DNA of 64,000 nt, taken from NCBI GenBank assembly GCA_964016885.1, contig OZ024743.1:115692001-115756000 (forward strand), in the 5' to 3' direction. Numbering within the stretch: the stretch's first letter is position 1; every line of letters begins with the position of its first letter. This DNA comes from Eledone cirrhosa. Lineage: Eukaryota. Position numbers and translations under genes: made by a program. The notes beneath the pieces are model-generated. The model searched no databases. It had not been told where the DNA came from and was given only the letters and a program-made list of their open reading frames with translations. Below are positions 1 through 11,123 of this stretch, in pieces.

Positions 1-599
1 TGTTTTCATATTCACACATATATTTTCCCCCGCTGTGACCCGTCTATTTCGTTCTTACTGCTTCCTCTTTCTCTGTATCTTTATCCTCTCTAACAGTCAC
101 TCTCTCTGTTAGCCTCTTCCTCACTCTTCACTCACTCACTCTCTGCTAATACCTCTCCTACTTCCTCCCGTTTGACCTGTGCGTAATTCTTTTCTCGCGC
201 ACGCTTGAACAGGCTGGTTGTTCCTTTTTTCTCTCTGGTCTACGATTTCACAGAATTTATGTTCATCGAATTCAAGGACTCGACTCCTTCTTCCTCCCGT
301 TTGACCTGTGCGGAATTCCTTCCTTGCTCACATTTCGAGTAGGTTTGATGGTCTTTATTCTCTCTCGTTCACGATTTCACCGAATTTATATTCATGGAAA
401 TCTGGGACTTGACTCTTTCTTCCTCACTTTTCGTTGCTTTACCATCTTTGTTTGTTTACATTCTCGCTCGTTCCCCTTATTTACGTGTCCCAACGACTTT
501 CTTTAGCCGTTGCTCGCACCAAACGGAGGTATATGGTCTTTAAAGCAATGAAATACCAATGATGGTTGGAAGATCACTGATGAAGGACTAACTTTATTC

Positions 600-604
<5 letters not shown>

Positions 605-680
<76 letters not shown>
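605..680. repeat. (TG)n microsatellite
   Basis: Pure TG run; explains the HTHT ORF artefact. Confidence 0.97.
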
Positions 681-684
<4 letters not shown>

Positions 685-983
685 TTAAACAAAAATAACA
701 ACACAAACAGTACAGTATATAGAAGGGATATATTAGGTTAACGCTTGATATAGCTATATGTATATAGACATATGTGTGTGCGTGTGTTATGTATGTATTT
801 ATATACTTCCATATGAGAATGTGTGTGAGTTATATGTGTATATAGATATATTTATGAGTGCGTGTGTATGTATACATAAACTTATGTAAACAAATATTTT
901 TATTCCATGGCAAATATATATACAGGACCCGCTGGGAGGTGAGTTTGAGAACTCCGCCACCACGACCCACTAAAGATTACGTG

Positions 984-1122
984 GAAGAAGAAGACGAAGA
1001 AGAAGAAGAAGAAGAAGAAGAAGAAGAAGAAGAAGAAGAAGAAGAAGAAGAAGAAGAAGAAGAAGAAGAAGAAGAAGAAGAAGAAGAAGAAGAAGAAGAA
1101 GAAGAAGAAGAAGAAGAAGAAG
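984..1122. repeat. (GAA)n microsatellite
   Basis: Near-pure GAA run; the poly-E ORF is an artefact. Confidence 0.97.
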
Positions 1123-2621
1123 ATATATCTATATTATACTAAGCGTTTTTGTGCTAGTGTAATTGAAATGTTAAACAATCCATATAATGAGTTTGCTGCT
1201 AGATAAATAAATGCTCTACAATGGAACAATGGAAAACCGCACACAATTGGTTTATCTATAAAAAAAGGAGTTCATGAAGATATGCATACTTGTCTCATAA
1301 TTAAAGGAATGCAATTCGAAATAATTTGTTTTAATAGCAGGATTTTGCTTTACCCCTTTACTTTTCAATGTGTAATTTGTTGCGATCATTTCTATCAGAA
1401 CTAGAAATACTAATTAATCCAGATGATAGTGCTTGCAGTATCGTCAAGTAATTTCCTTTTAAATAGACGTTTAAAGTTTAAAACATCGTTTATATTCCTA
1501 CTTGAACTACTCTATGTGGACGATTAAGATCCTCGTCAGATACCTACGAAACAATCTAGACATTAATAAAGTATTTGGAAGATTCGCTTGTAGCCTCCCT
1601 ATGTTTTACATTTATTTAGAAATATTTATGACCAAATTCCAACTCTATATCTTTCGAGAATGCTGTAACAAGGCCTACACTTCCATATCTTCCGAAAACA
1701 AGCTATGTGTTAGGATAATGTCTCCTGCCTCATATGGCTCAATTACCTACCACTCATATCTTTATGTATGTACTTTTATGTATACAAACATATACATGCA
1801 TAAATTTATATACGCATGTATGCGTTTTAGTGTATGTATATATTTATGCATGTATGTTATGTTTTGAAACGTTCTTTTTTTTATTCTCTATTATTTCTAC
1901 CAATTTTCCTATAACCATGCTTTGGATTTTTATCTACACGATAAACTTGCTTTGATGGAATTTAGTTAAAAACTGAAGCAAAGTGTTACATGGTCAATTT
2001 TAGGAACGTTTCGCATATTTTGTATATTTGCACCATTTATTTTAAATTGTGTTCAAACCAACCAACTTCAAACTATAATATAATTAATCGAACAAGATGG
2101 CAATATACGCTTTGTTACGTGGGCACACGACCGGCTACACATAGCAACCAATTTCCCCACAAATAGCAATGCACCATTCTGATATGGATGTGTACATTGT
2201 GGTATGTCGTCCAAGACGCATTTGCAAAGAGAGAGTTTGGATCCTGTTGACTGGGCACATTTAAATATAGTTTATCTCTTTTAAGACGGACCGGAGGTTA
2301 AACAGCAATATGAACCTCAATAGCTAAGAATTTAATATTGATATCCTCTCCCTCTCTGTCTATATATATATATATATCGATCTTTTCTCACCCCACCCTA
2401 ATATTTCCCTACATTTCATTGATTCTAAAAGAAATTTAACAACTGGCTGAGCAGAGGGATTCTACAAATATTATTCATTTTTGTTCCCAGAACAACTAAT
2501 TCTAATACGCATGTTTTCGCTTCTTGAAGACGTTATTTCAATCGAATTGATCCACCTATATTTTTCATGTTGAAATCTTTAAAATTTCTACAAAGCAGAT
2601 GTAATAGTCTTTAGGATAGTA

Positions 2622-3150
2622 CGTATGTATGTATGTTATCTCTTTCTCTTAATTTCGAGTATGTTTTTTTGACCGGCCACCTTCCTAGTGGCTAGGTTGT
2701 AAAAGAAGAGAAATTGTCATCCCTTGAATCGCAAGAATGTTTTGCAAATCTATCGCAGCCACATGTAGACTATGAATTAGGGAGCTGCGCTCTTTGTCCG
2801 CAAATCCAAGTTCAGTCATACTTTGGTCCAAGCGGGTTGGTATATAACCCGTAGCTCCAATAATAATGGGTATGAAGCTAAAGGTGTATCTTGGATACTG
2901 GATTTGTAAACTCCTCATCAATGGTCCGTAGATGTCCTTCTTCTCCTGTATTTTTCTGACAACGTTTACATCAAGTCGGCAGCTGATCTCCACAACAGAA
3001 CACGTTTTCAATGTGTGGTCCTAAACAACAATATCAGGCCGGTTGTGCTTTAATTTGGTGGCAGTTTTTATTTTCAGGTTCCACCAGTATTCCTTAGTGC
3101 CATCTGTGTCAATGTATTCTTCCTCGTTTGTTGTTAATTTTGTTTTCCAT
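2622..3150 (-). mobile_element. R4/Dong-clade non-LTR retrotransposon, 5'-truncated 3' fragment (restriction-like endonuclease plus 3'UTR)
   Basis: Minus strand reads WWNLKIKT..KLKHNRPDIVV*..CSVVEISC..KKDIYGPL..FIPIIIGATG (PD-(D/E)xK RLE). Ends gagaaagagataa(cata)n. Same 3' end recurs at 45456-45700. Confidence 0.85.
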
Positions 3151-3208
3151 GTGTGTATGTATGTATTTATGTATGTAAGTATGTATATATATATATATTT
3201 TTTTTTTT

Positions 3209-6200
3209 GCGCGGGGACATAGAAATAATCGGGCTGGATGCCCGATCGCGCAGTTAAACCACTGGGAGTGGAGAACCCCTAGCCCTTGTCAGGGCATTCT
3301 TCTAGGAGAAGGCATCTCAGGAAACTGGGTTAACTCCGACATAAAACCTGCGGCTCAGTAGTTACCAATGATGTTGATCTTTTCTTCTTTTCGGGTTATA
3401 GCTGCTGTCGCTTATTATTATTATTATTATTATTACTATTATTATTACTTTTTTTTTTTTTTTTTTTTTTTCCAATTCAATGATATTCCAGAACAATATA
3501 AAAGAGATAATTGGCAATTTAGCTTCTGGAACAAAAAAGATCATTGGCAATAAGGGCAGGGGCCCCAGGTTATCACAGCCTGGGCCCGCTCGTCATCGTG
3601 CCATTGTAATAGAGCCAAACAAGGCATTTAGTCTTGGCTGCTGGAACGTACGGACGCCGCTTGACAGGGATTCCTTGAGGCGTCCTGAACGAAGGACCGC
3701 TCTTGTTGCAAAGGAGCTTCGGCGTTACGATCTTGACATCGTGGCTTTATCTGAGACGAGGTTAGCTGGAGATGGTCATCGTACGGAATTTTGTGGAGAA
3801 TATACATTCTTCTGGAAAGGAAGAGATGAAAGAACCAGAAGAGAGGCTGGGGTAGGATTTGCTGTTAAGACTGTGCTTGTGAACAAATTAGAGGAATTCC
3901 CAGTAGGGATTAGTGAGCGTCTTATGTCCATGAGAGTTCCGCTGGACAAGGGAAGATATGCTACCCTGGTGAGTGTGTATGCTCCAACTATGAGTTCTGT
4001 CGATGATGAAAAGGTGTCCTTTTACCATGCCTTGAAAGGTGTTTTAAGAAATATCCCTCAGGCAGACAAAGTCATCGTGCTTGGTGACTTTAATGCTAGA
4101 GTGGGTAGGGATTTTAACACGGGGAATGTAATCGGAAGGCATAGGGTGGGAAAGTGTAACAGCAATGGAATGCTCCTGCTGCAGATGTGTGAGGAGCTGG
4201 ATCTGTGTGTTACCAACACCATGTTCTAACAAAAGAACAAATTCAAGACTACATGGATGCATCCTGCATCTAAGGAATGGCATCTTTTGGACTACGTCCT
4301 AGTCAGGATGCGTGACAGACAGGATGTGCAGTGTGTTCGTGTTCTTCGTGGAGCTGAGTGCTGGACGGACCACCGCCTGGTACGCACAAATGTGATACTA
4401 ATCACTAAACGTAAAATCCGGGCTCCTGGTGTTGCCCTGCCCAAAAGATTGAATGCTGCTCGTCTTAAGGATAAAAATGTGAAGAGGACATTGGAAGAAG
4501 AGATGCAGGCTGCAGATCTTGGTGAGGATTGGCCGACCCTTAAAAAGTCGGTTTATGATGTAGGCAGGCGTGTTCTGGGATTGGCGCAGAGGAAACATCA
4601 GGACTGGTTTGATGAGAATGATGTACATATAGAAAACTCGTTGGCTGATAAGAGGCGTGCTCTGTCACGCTACTTGACGGCAAAACCACAAGAGAGGAAT
4701 ACGTTGCATGAGGCACTCAGGGATATAAAATCACGTGTTAGGCGGAGTCTTTCTCAGATGAAGGATCAGTGGTGGAGTGAGAAGGCTGGTGAGATACAAA
4801 CTGCGTCTGATTTCAATAACACAAAGCTGTTGTACATTCTCTTGCGTGAGGTTTATGGACCGTCTTCTTCTCTGGTGACACCGCTTCGCAGCAAGGATGG
4901 CAAAGAACTTCTTCGTGACTCACAAGGAATTCTACGAAGGAGGCGAGAGCACTTTGATGATCTTTTGAATCAGCCGTCTGTCGTCAGTGAAGATTTCCTC
5001 AATCTCATTCCAGAAAGTCCTGTGAAAGTAGGTCTCGCAGAACCTCCGACGCTTGTGGAGGTTGCAGTGGCTATTTCGAAGCTGAACAGTGGATGATCTC
5101 CAGGTATGTATGGCATACATGCTGAGCTCCTACAATATGGTGGTGAGAGACTCCTGCAACATCTTCACTCTTTGTTTGGCAGGATATGGGCTAATGAATC
5201 CGTACCTGAGGACTGGAGAGATGCAGTAATGGTGGTCTTGTACAAGGGAAAGGGTAACAGTAACGATTGTGGGAACTACAGAGGTATATCATTGCTTTCT
5301 GTCGTAGGGAAAGTTTTACGTAGGGTGCTTCTGGACCGTCTGCTGACACACATTGCAGATTGTGTTCTTCCTGAAAGTCAATCTGGTTTTCGTGCTGGAC
5401 GCGGCACTACTGATATGATCTTCTCAGCTAGACAGCTCCAGGAGAAGTGCATGGAACAAGGCTTGGATCTGTATCAGGTTTTTGTCGATCTGACAAAAGC
5501 TTTCGATACTGTTAACAGATATGCATTATGGAAGGTTCTCCAGAAACTTGGTTGCCCGGATAAGTTCCTTGCTTTAGTTAGGTCTTTCCATGACGACATG
5601 AAGGATTAGGTTAATGTCGGGGGTAACATGTCGGAGCCTATCTCAGCAAAAAATGGAGTGAAACAGGGGAATATTCCAGCACCGACCCTGTTTGCCATAT
5701 ACTTTGCAAAGGTTTTCTGTATTGCATTCAGGAATTGCGAGCATGCTGTTTACATCCGATATCGAACCTCAGGCAGCATATTTAACATCAGGCGCTTTGC
5801 TGCGAAGACAAAAGTATTTACATCAATCATAAGAGACCTCTTGTATGCAGATGATTGCGATCTTGTAAGCGCACACAGAGAGAGATATGCAGCATATTTT
5901 GAATGCAATTTCTGACGCTTGCACTGCCCTAGGTCTGACTGTCAGTCTCAAGAAAACCGTCGTCATGTACCAACCTGCCCCTGGTAAACAGTACACTGAA
6001 CCAAACATGTGTATGGCAAACGACTTGGAGTGGTTGATCAGTTTGTTTACCTGGGAAGCACTGTCAATCGATACAGCAACCTTGACAGTGAAATCTCACT
6101 TAGGATTAGGAAAGCAAGTGATGCTTTCGGAAAGCGAGAAAGGCGACTCTGGGGTCGGCGAGACATATGCAGGAGGACAAAGGTAAAGGTGTACAGGGCA

Positions 6201-7206
6201 TGTGTGCTCTCTTGTCTTCTTTATGCCTGTGAGACCTGGGTCACATATCGACACCACCTTAAGCAATTGGAGCGTTTCCATCAGATGTGTCTCAGACGGA
6301 TCGATGGCGTTCACTGGAGGGACCACATCAGTGATGTCGAGATTTTGGAAAGCTCTATGTGTGACAGTATAGAAGCTCTTGTGCTTAAGCAACGACTCCG
6401 TTGGAGTGGTCACCTTGCCAGGATGAAGGATTTTAGAATACCAAAACAACTCTTTTATGGAGAGTTGGTTAAAGGAAAACAACCGCCACATAAACCAAAA
6501 AAAGAGGTATAAGGATTCCTTGAAAGCCTCTCTGAAAGACGCTAACATATCTGCTGATACATGGGAGAATATTGTTGCTGATCGTAATAAATGGAGAAAC
6601 ACTGTATATGAGGGAAAAGTTGCCTTTGAGGCATCTCGAATCGCATACGAGAAAGTAAAGCGGGATGTGAGGAAGGGCATTGCTGTTGCACTTCCAGACG
6701 GCGAGGGTCCTCCTATGGTGCTGACATGCAGCGTATGTGCGAGACTCTGCCTAAGCAAAGCTGGACTCGAAAGTCATCTTCGCAGTCATAAAGTAAGACC
6801 AGTGGTTGACTACCAGGCTGCTGTTGGAGATGCTACTCATCCTGCTTGCCAAACATGTGGTAGAGAATGTAAATCAGCAGGAGGGCTCAAGCGACATGCA
6901 AAAGTACACGAACTCCAACCACAGCCGACTTTTCCCAGTGAATGTTTTGGTTGCCGACTTTGTGCTAGACATTTTAGATAATTGGCTGGGCTAAAAAGCA
7001 ACATTCGATCGCAGCGCTGTTAGTTGCAATCGTGTGTGTGTGTAGATATGCTTATGTGTGTGCGTGTGTGTGTATATATATATGTATATGTATATCATTA
7101 TTGTTGTTGTCGTTATTATTATTGTTGTTATTGTTATTATTATTATTATTGTTATTAATGTATGTGTGTGTGTATATGTGTGTGTGAGTGTGTGTGTGTA
7201 TATGTG

Positions 7207-7237
<31 letters not shown>

Positions 7238-7345
7238 CTTTTTTTTTTTTTTTCTTTTTAATTTTTTATTATTATTATCATAATTTTTTTTTCTTTCTCC
7301 TCGTACAATGGCCATACTAGATAACGAGGGGGCAGCCATCAAGTA
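3209..7345 (+). mobile_element. RTE-clade LINE, near full length, inactivated by stops and frameshifts
   Basis: APE motifs (GCWNVRT, ALSETR, GVGF, VYAPT, LGDFNARVG, LDY, TDH), RT motifs (NYRGISLL, QSGFR, FVDLTKAFD, GVKQG, LLYADD), RTE C-terminus (LRWSGHLARM..PKQLFYGEL). 3' end ggccatactagataacgagggggcagccatc followed by (TATG)n. Confidence 0.95.
3480..7023 (+). pseudogene. RTE APE-RT-C2H2 polyprotein pseudogene
   Basis: Colinear ORF pieces 3480-4229, 4257-5096, 5106-5609, 5628-5915, 5887-6186, 6009-6512, 6457-6981. Confidence 0.92.
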
Positions 7346-7598
7346 TGTATATATGTATGTATGCATGTATGTCTGTGTGTATGTATGTATATATATGTGT
7401 ACGTGTGAACATTATGTTTTTAATTAATTCCTCAGAGATGAAGAGAACTATATGAATGAATGATTGTATTATGTATATGCATACGTATGTATGCATTTAT
7501 CTTTGGCCCTATTCGGTCACGAATGACCATGGTTTTGTACCTAGAAAGTTTCCCTTTGAGGTACAAGCCTGGGCAAGGTTTGTTGTAGAAGACCAGTA

Positions 7599-7636
<38 letters not shown>

Positions 7637-7689
7637 CGTTTCTGAATGTGTTTAGCAAGATTCTTTATCTGAAAACGTGTGTTGAAACC

Positions 7690-9012
7690 GATATTGTTAT
7701 ACTTTGGGAGGGTCATGTTGCCAATAAGAAACACATGCACCAGTTGCTTTCACTTCAATTTATTATAATACATTTATAAATTTATAAATTTAGAAATTTC
7801 CGGTTGGTTGGTTGGTTGGTTCCACAACCAGATGGTTGTTTATATATTGTCAAAGTTCTTTCGTCACACATTCTGTGACCTCTTCAGTGACTGGGGATTC
7901 TTTTCTCTGTTTTTTGTTCTGTCCTACGCCATCTTGTTTTTGTGTGTGAGTTGTGTGCTTAGTTTGCGTATGTGTTACATCCGGGTGTCTGTCTGTGTTT
8001 ATATTCGTTTATTTATTTGTTTATTTACATGTTCCTGGTTGGTTGTTTGTTCTATGTGCGTGTGTGTTTTCATTTTGTCCTTAATTGTAAGTTGTGATGT
8101 TGCTGTTCCACTCAGGTTTTCTATTTAATTTTGGTTGTAATTCATTTATGTTTATTGTCTCTGTGATTTGTCTAAACATTGCGTTCTTTCTGTGTGTAGA
8201 TTTATTTTTATTTCTATGTTCTCTAATTTACCCTTATGTTCTATTTTAGCATGTTGGTAGAGTACAGATGATTCTTTACTATCTTGAATGTCTCGACAGT
8301 GTGCATTTATCCGTTCCCCTATACCACGAGCTGTCTCACCTATGTACACTATATTTTTATCTCTACATTGTCCTTCAGTACATCTTATGCTATATACTAC
8401 ATTTCTAGTTTTGCAGTTAATATGGGGGCTTAATTTACAGATTATACATTTCTTATCTATACAGGGAGGTCTTTGAAAAGGGTATGTCCTGCTAATAAGT
8501 TTTTTTATGGAGGTACCTGGTCTTTCTACTATCTTAATATTGAGTTTATGTTTATCTAGGGCCCTTCTAAATGTCTAAGCTAATTCGCCTCTAAGGGTTG
8601 TATCGATGAACATTACACTCTGGTATTTATTGCTTTCGTACCATAAGTTTATTCTATTAGCCTTATTCCTAGTTCTTTCTATTCTATTCCAAAATTTGCT
8701 CCTGTACAAGGGGCAGGTCCCATTTGTGTCATTATTTACAATTTTTTCCCATTTGGTTCTGGCTCCTCTATACATACTCTGATTTTATCTCTCTGATTGT
8801 AACCAGAGAACTGCATACGGTGGATGAAGTGCTGTATGTGTCTCTCTCGTTCTTCGGGGTTGCACATGCGGGACACGTTTCTCATCACCCGTACCAAATT
8901 CGCAATTAGTATGTTGATTTTGGTATGGTCCGAAACAGCTGAGTTTCGGTGGATCAGATATTTGGAAGTCATGGGTTTGGCATAATGGGAATGGAGGATT
9001 TGTATTTTGTTA
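7690..9012 (-). mobile_element. Penelope-like element, 3' part (RT thumb, GIY-YIG endonuclease, 3' terminal repeat)
   Basis: Minus-strand pieces read HYAKPMTSKYLIHRNSA..., then C..KKCIIC..NCKTRNVVYSIRC..YIGETARGIGERINAH (GIY-YIG), ending ..PKLNRK. Confidence 0.88.
7849..7891 (-). ncRNA. Minimal type-I hammerhead ribozyme candidate in PLE terminus
   Basis: GUCA-CUGAAGA-G-GUCACA(gaaug)UGUGAC-GAAA-gaac-UU-UGAC: stem I GUCA/UGAC, 6-bp stem II, minimal stem III. Confidence 0.7.
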
Positions 9013-9074
9013 TTAATGGTATCTAACCAGAGCTCTGTGTCTAGTACCGGTAATCGATGGTTGGGGTGTTTGCA

Positions 9075-9612
9075 AATTAGAGAACATAGAAATAAAAATA
9101 GAATCTACACACAGAAAAGACGCAATGTTTAGACAAATAACAGAAGCAATAAACATAAATGAATTAGAACCAAAATTAAATAGAAAACATGCGTGGAACA
9201 GCAACATCACAACTTACAATTAAGGACAAAATGAAAACACACACGCACATAAAACAAGCAACCAACCAGTAACATGTAAATAAACAAATAAATAAACGAA
9301 TATAAACGCACACAGACACCCAGATGTAACACATGCACAAACTAAGCACACAACACACACACAAAGATGGCGTGGGACAGAACAAAAGAGAGGCACAAAA
9401 AACAAAGAAAAGAATCCCCAGACACTGAAGAGGTCACAGAATGTGTGACGAAAGAACTTTGACAATATATAATCAACCATCTGGTTGTGGAACCAACCAA
9501 CCAACCGGAAATTTATAAATTCCTAAATTTATAAATGTATTATAATATTGAAGTGAAACATCTAGAGCGTGTGTTTCTTGTTGGCAACATGACCCTCCCA
9601 AAGTATAACAAT
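9075..9612 (+). mobile_element. Inverted copy of the 3' end (pseudo-LTR) of the PLE at 7690-8240
   Basis: Reverse complement of ~7690-8240 with scattered mismatches; ORFs 7808+ and 9220- begin with near-identical sequence. Confidence 0.9.
9421..9463 (+). ncRNA. Hammerhead candidate, inverted pLTR copy (one stem-I mismatch)
   Basis: gaca CTGAAGA g gtcaca gaatg tgtgac GAAA gaac tt tgac. Confidence 0.6.
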
Positions 9613-9914
9613 TAGTTTATATGGCCTTTATAACCAATGTTTATTGCTCTGGTCTCTTTAGCCCATGGACTGCTTGCCAGCATGACTCGGATCTTGCGTT
9701 GCGATTCGCTTTTTCTACCCGCCGAAATGCGATTCTCGCTGAATTTATATATATATAGTTCCAGAAGATACCATTAAGGCTGAAAGCAGCGATTCTTTGC
9801 TTAAACTTTAATCTGTTATTTTAATAAATATTTGCTCTACGGTTCTTATATATTTGATATATATTTATCCTTATCTAGCCCTCTTTGGATTTTAGTCTTC
9901 AAATTCATTATTAT

Positions 9915-9957
<43 letters not shown>

Positions 9958-9964
<7 letters not shown>

Positions 9965-10297
9965 GTTTGTATATGTATAATAAAGCCAAAACAATGAAGG
10001 TATGGACATAGAATAAAGAATGCAAATGCAAAAGATATTGTTGACAATTAGTCTTTTATCTTAGATTTATTTAAATGTCATTCATTTTCGAGATAATATC
10101 TCTTCTTCGGAGGGAAGTAAAGCGGTTAAACCAGTGTTCTAAATAGCTTGCCAGGTCACATTATACTTTACTTGGCAACCTCTTTAGAACACTGGTTTAA
10201 GCGCTTTATTTCAACAATATCTTTTGCATTTGCATTCTTTATTCTATGTCCATACCTGCATTGTTTTGGCTATATTATACATTTACAAACGTTTATA
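9958..10297. repeat. Foldback (nested inverted-repeat) element between (TA)n arrays
   Basis: 9958-10045 is the reverse complement of 10210-10297; inner IR aaagcggttaaaccagtgttctaaa / tttagaacactggtttaagcgcttt. Confidence 0.8.
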
Positions 10298-10337
10298 CCT
10301 CATTACACAATGCTTCAAGTGTACTATAACATCCTTC

Positions 10338-10413
<76 letters not shown>

Positions 10414-11123
10414 AGCTTGACTACTTATACATGGACCCACTTGAAAATGTTTACTATTTTATATGTTATGATGCATCATACGCTATATTATACTATATTA
10501 TTATATTATTGTATTAATATATTATTATTATAATTTTCATCTTTTAATATACTATCCTTCCTAGTTATGACCAGTACTTTACCTATCTATATTTATCCTG
10601 GTTATTTCTGCATCTGTTATATTTACTTATTCATATTCACCTTAAAATTCTATACAACAAAACTCAACATTTAATTTTTACATTCCTTTTTAAACTTCAC
10701 TCCACCATTTACATTCCACTATCAATATAACAATCCCTTCTCTTTTCATCATAGGTTCTTTTGATATTTTATAACTAACCCTACATAGATTGATTACGAA
10801 ATATGCGTACGATGTATTATTATCACCTAGAAACGATCGTAAAGCAGTGAAGTATATTTCTAATGACTTGAATTTTTATTTCTTGTTTTAACTTATATCA
10901 TGACTCTGCTTTCCTTTTGATGTTTTCTTGTTTTCCGGGATTTATTTTAACCTACATTTTCAACATATGGATTACATTGAGTTCTTCATGCAGATTGGAT
11001 CCCACAACTAACCGTGGATTTTTTGTGCATCTTGCTCCTTGAATATATTTTTTCATAATTTTCTCCACTTCTGTGATTATAATATTTAGTTGAGCTCTTC
11101 TTTTATCTAATTCCTGCATCACA

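Noticed and set aside
858-1142. Poly-Glu ORF and the many YIYI, HTHT, CVCV, poly-N/I/M/H ORFs
   Set aside because: Translations of microsatellites; no coding evidence.
2180-2235. YGCVHCGMSSKTHLQR, resembling a C2H2 finger
   Set aside because: Wrong spacing, no His pair, no neighbouring fingers or sustained frame.
6096-6758. 220-aa antisense ORF in the RTE, and antisense ORFs in Tx1 copies
   Set aside because: Shadow ORFs of GC-richer coding sequence; no motifs.
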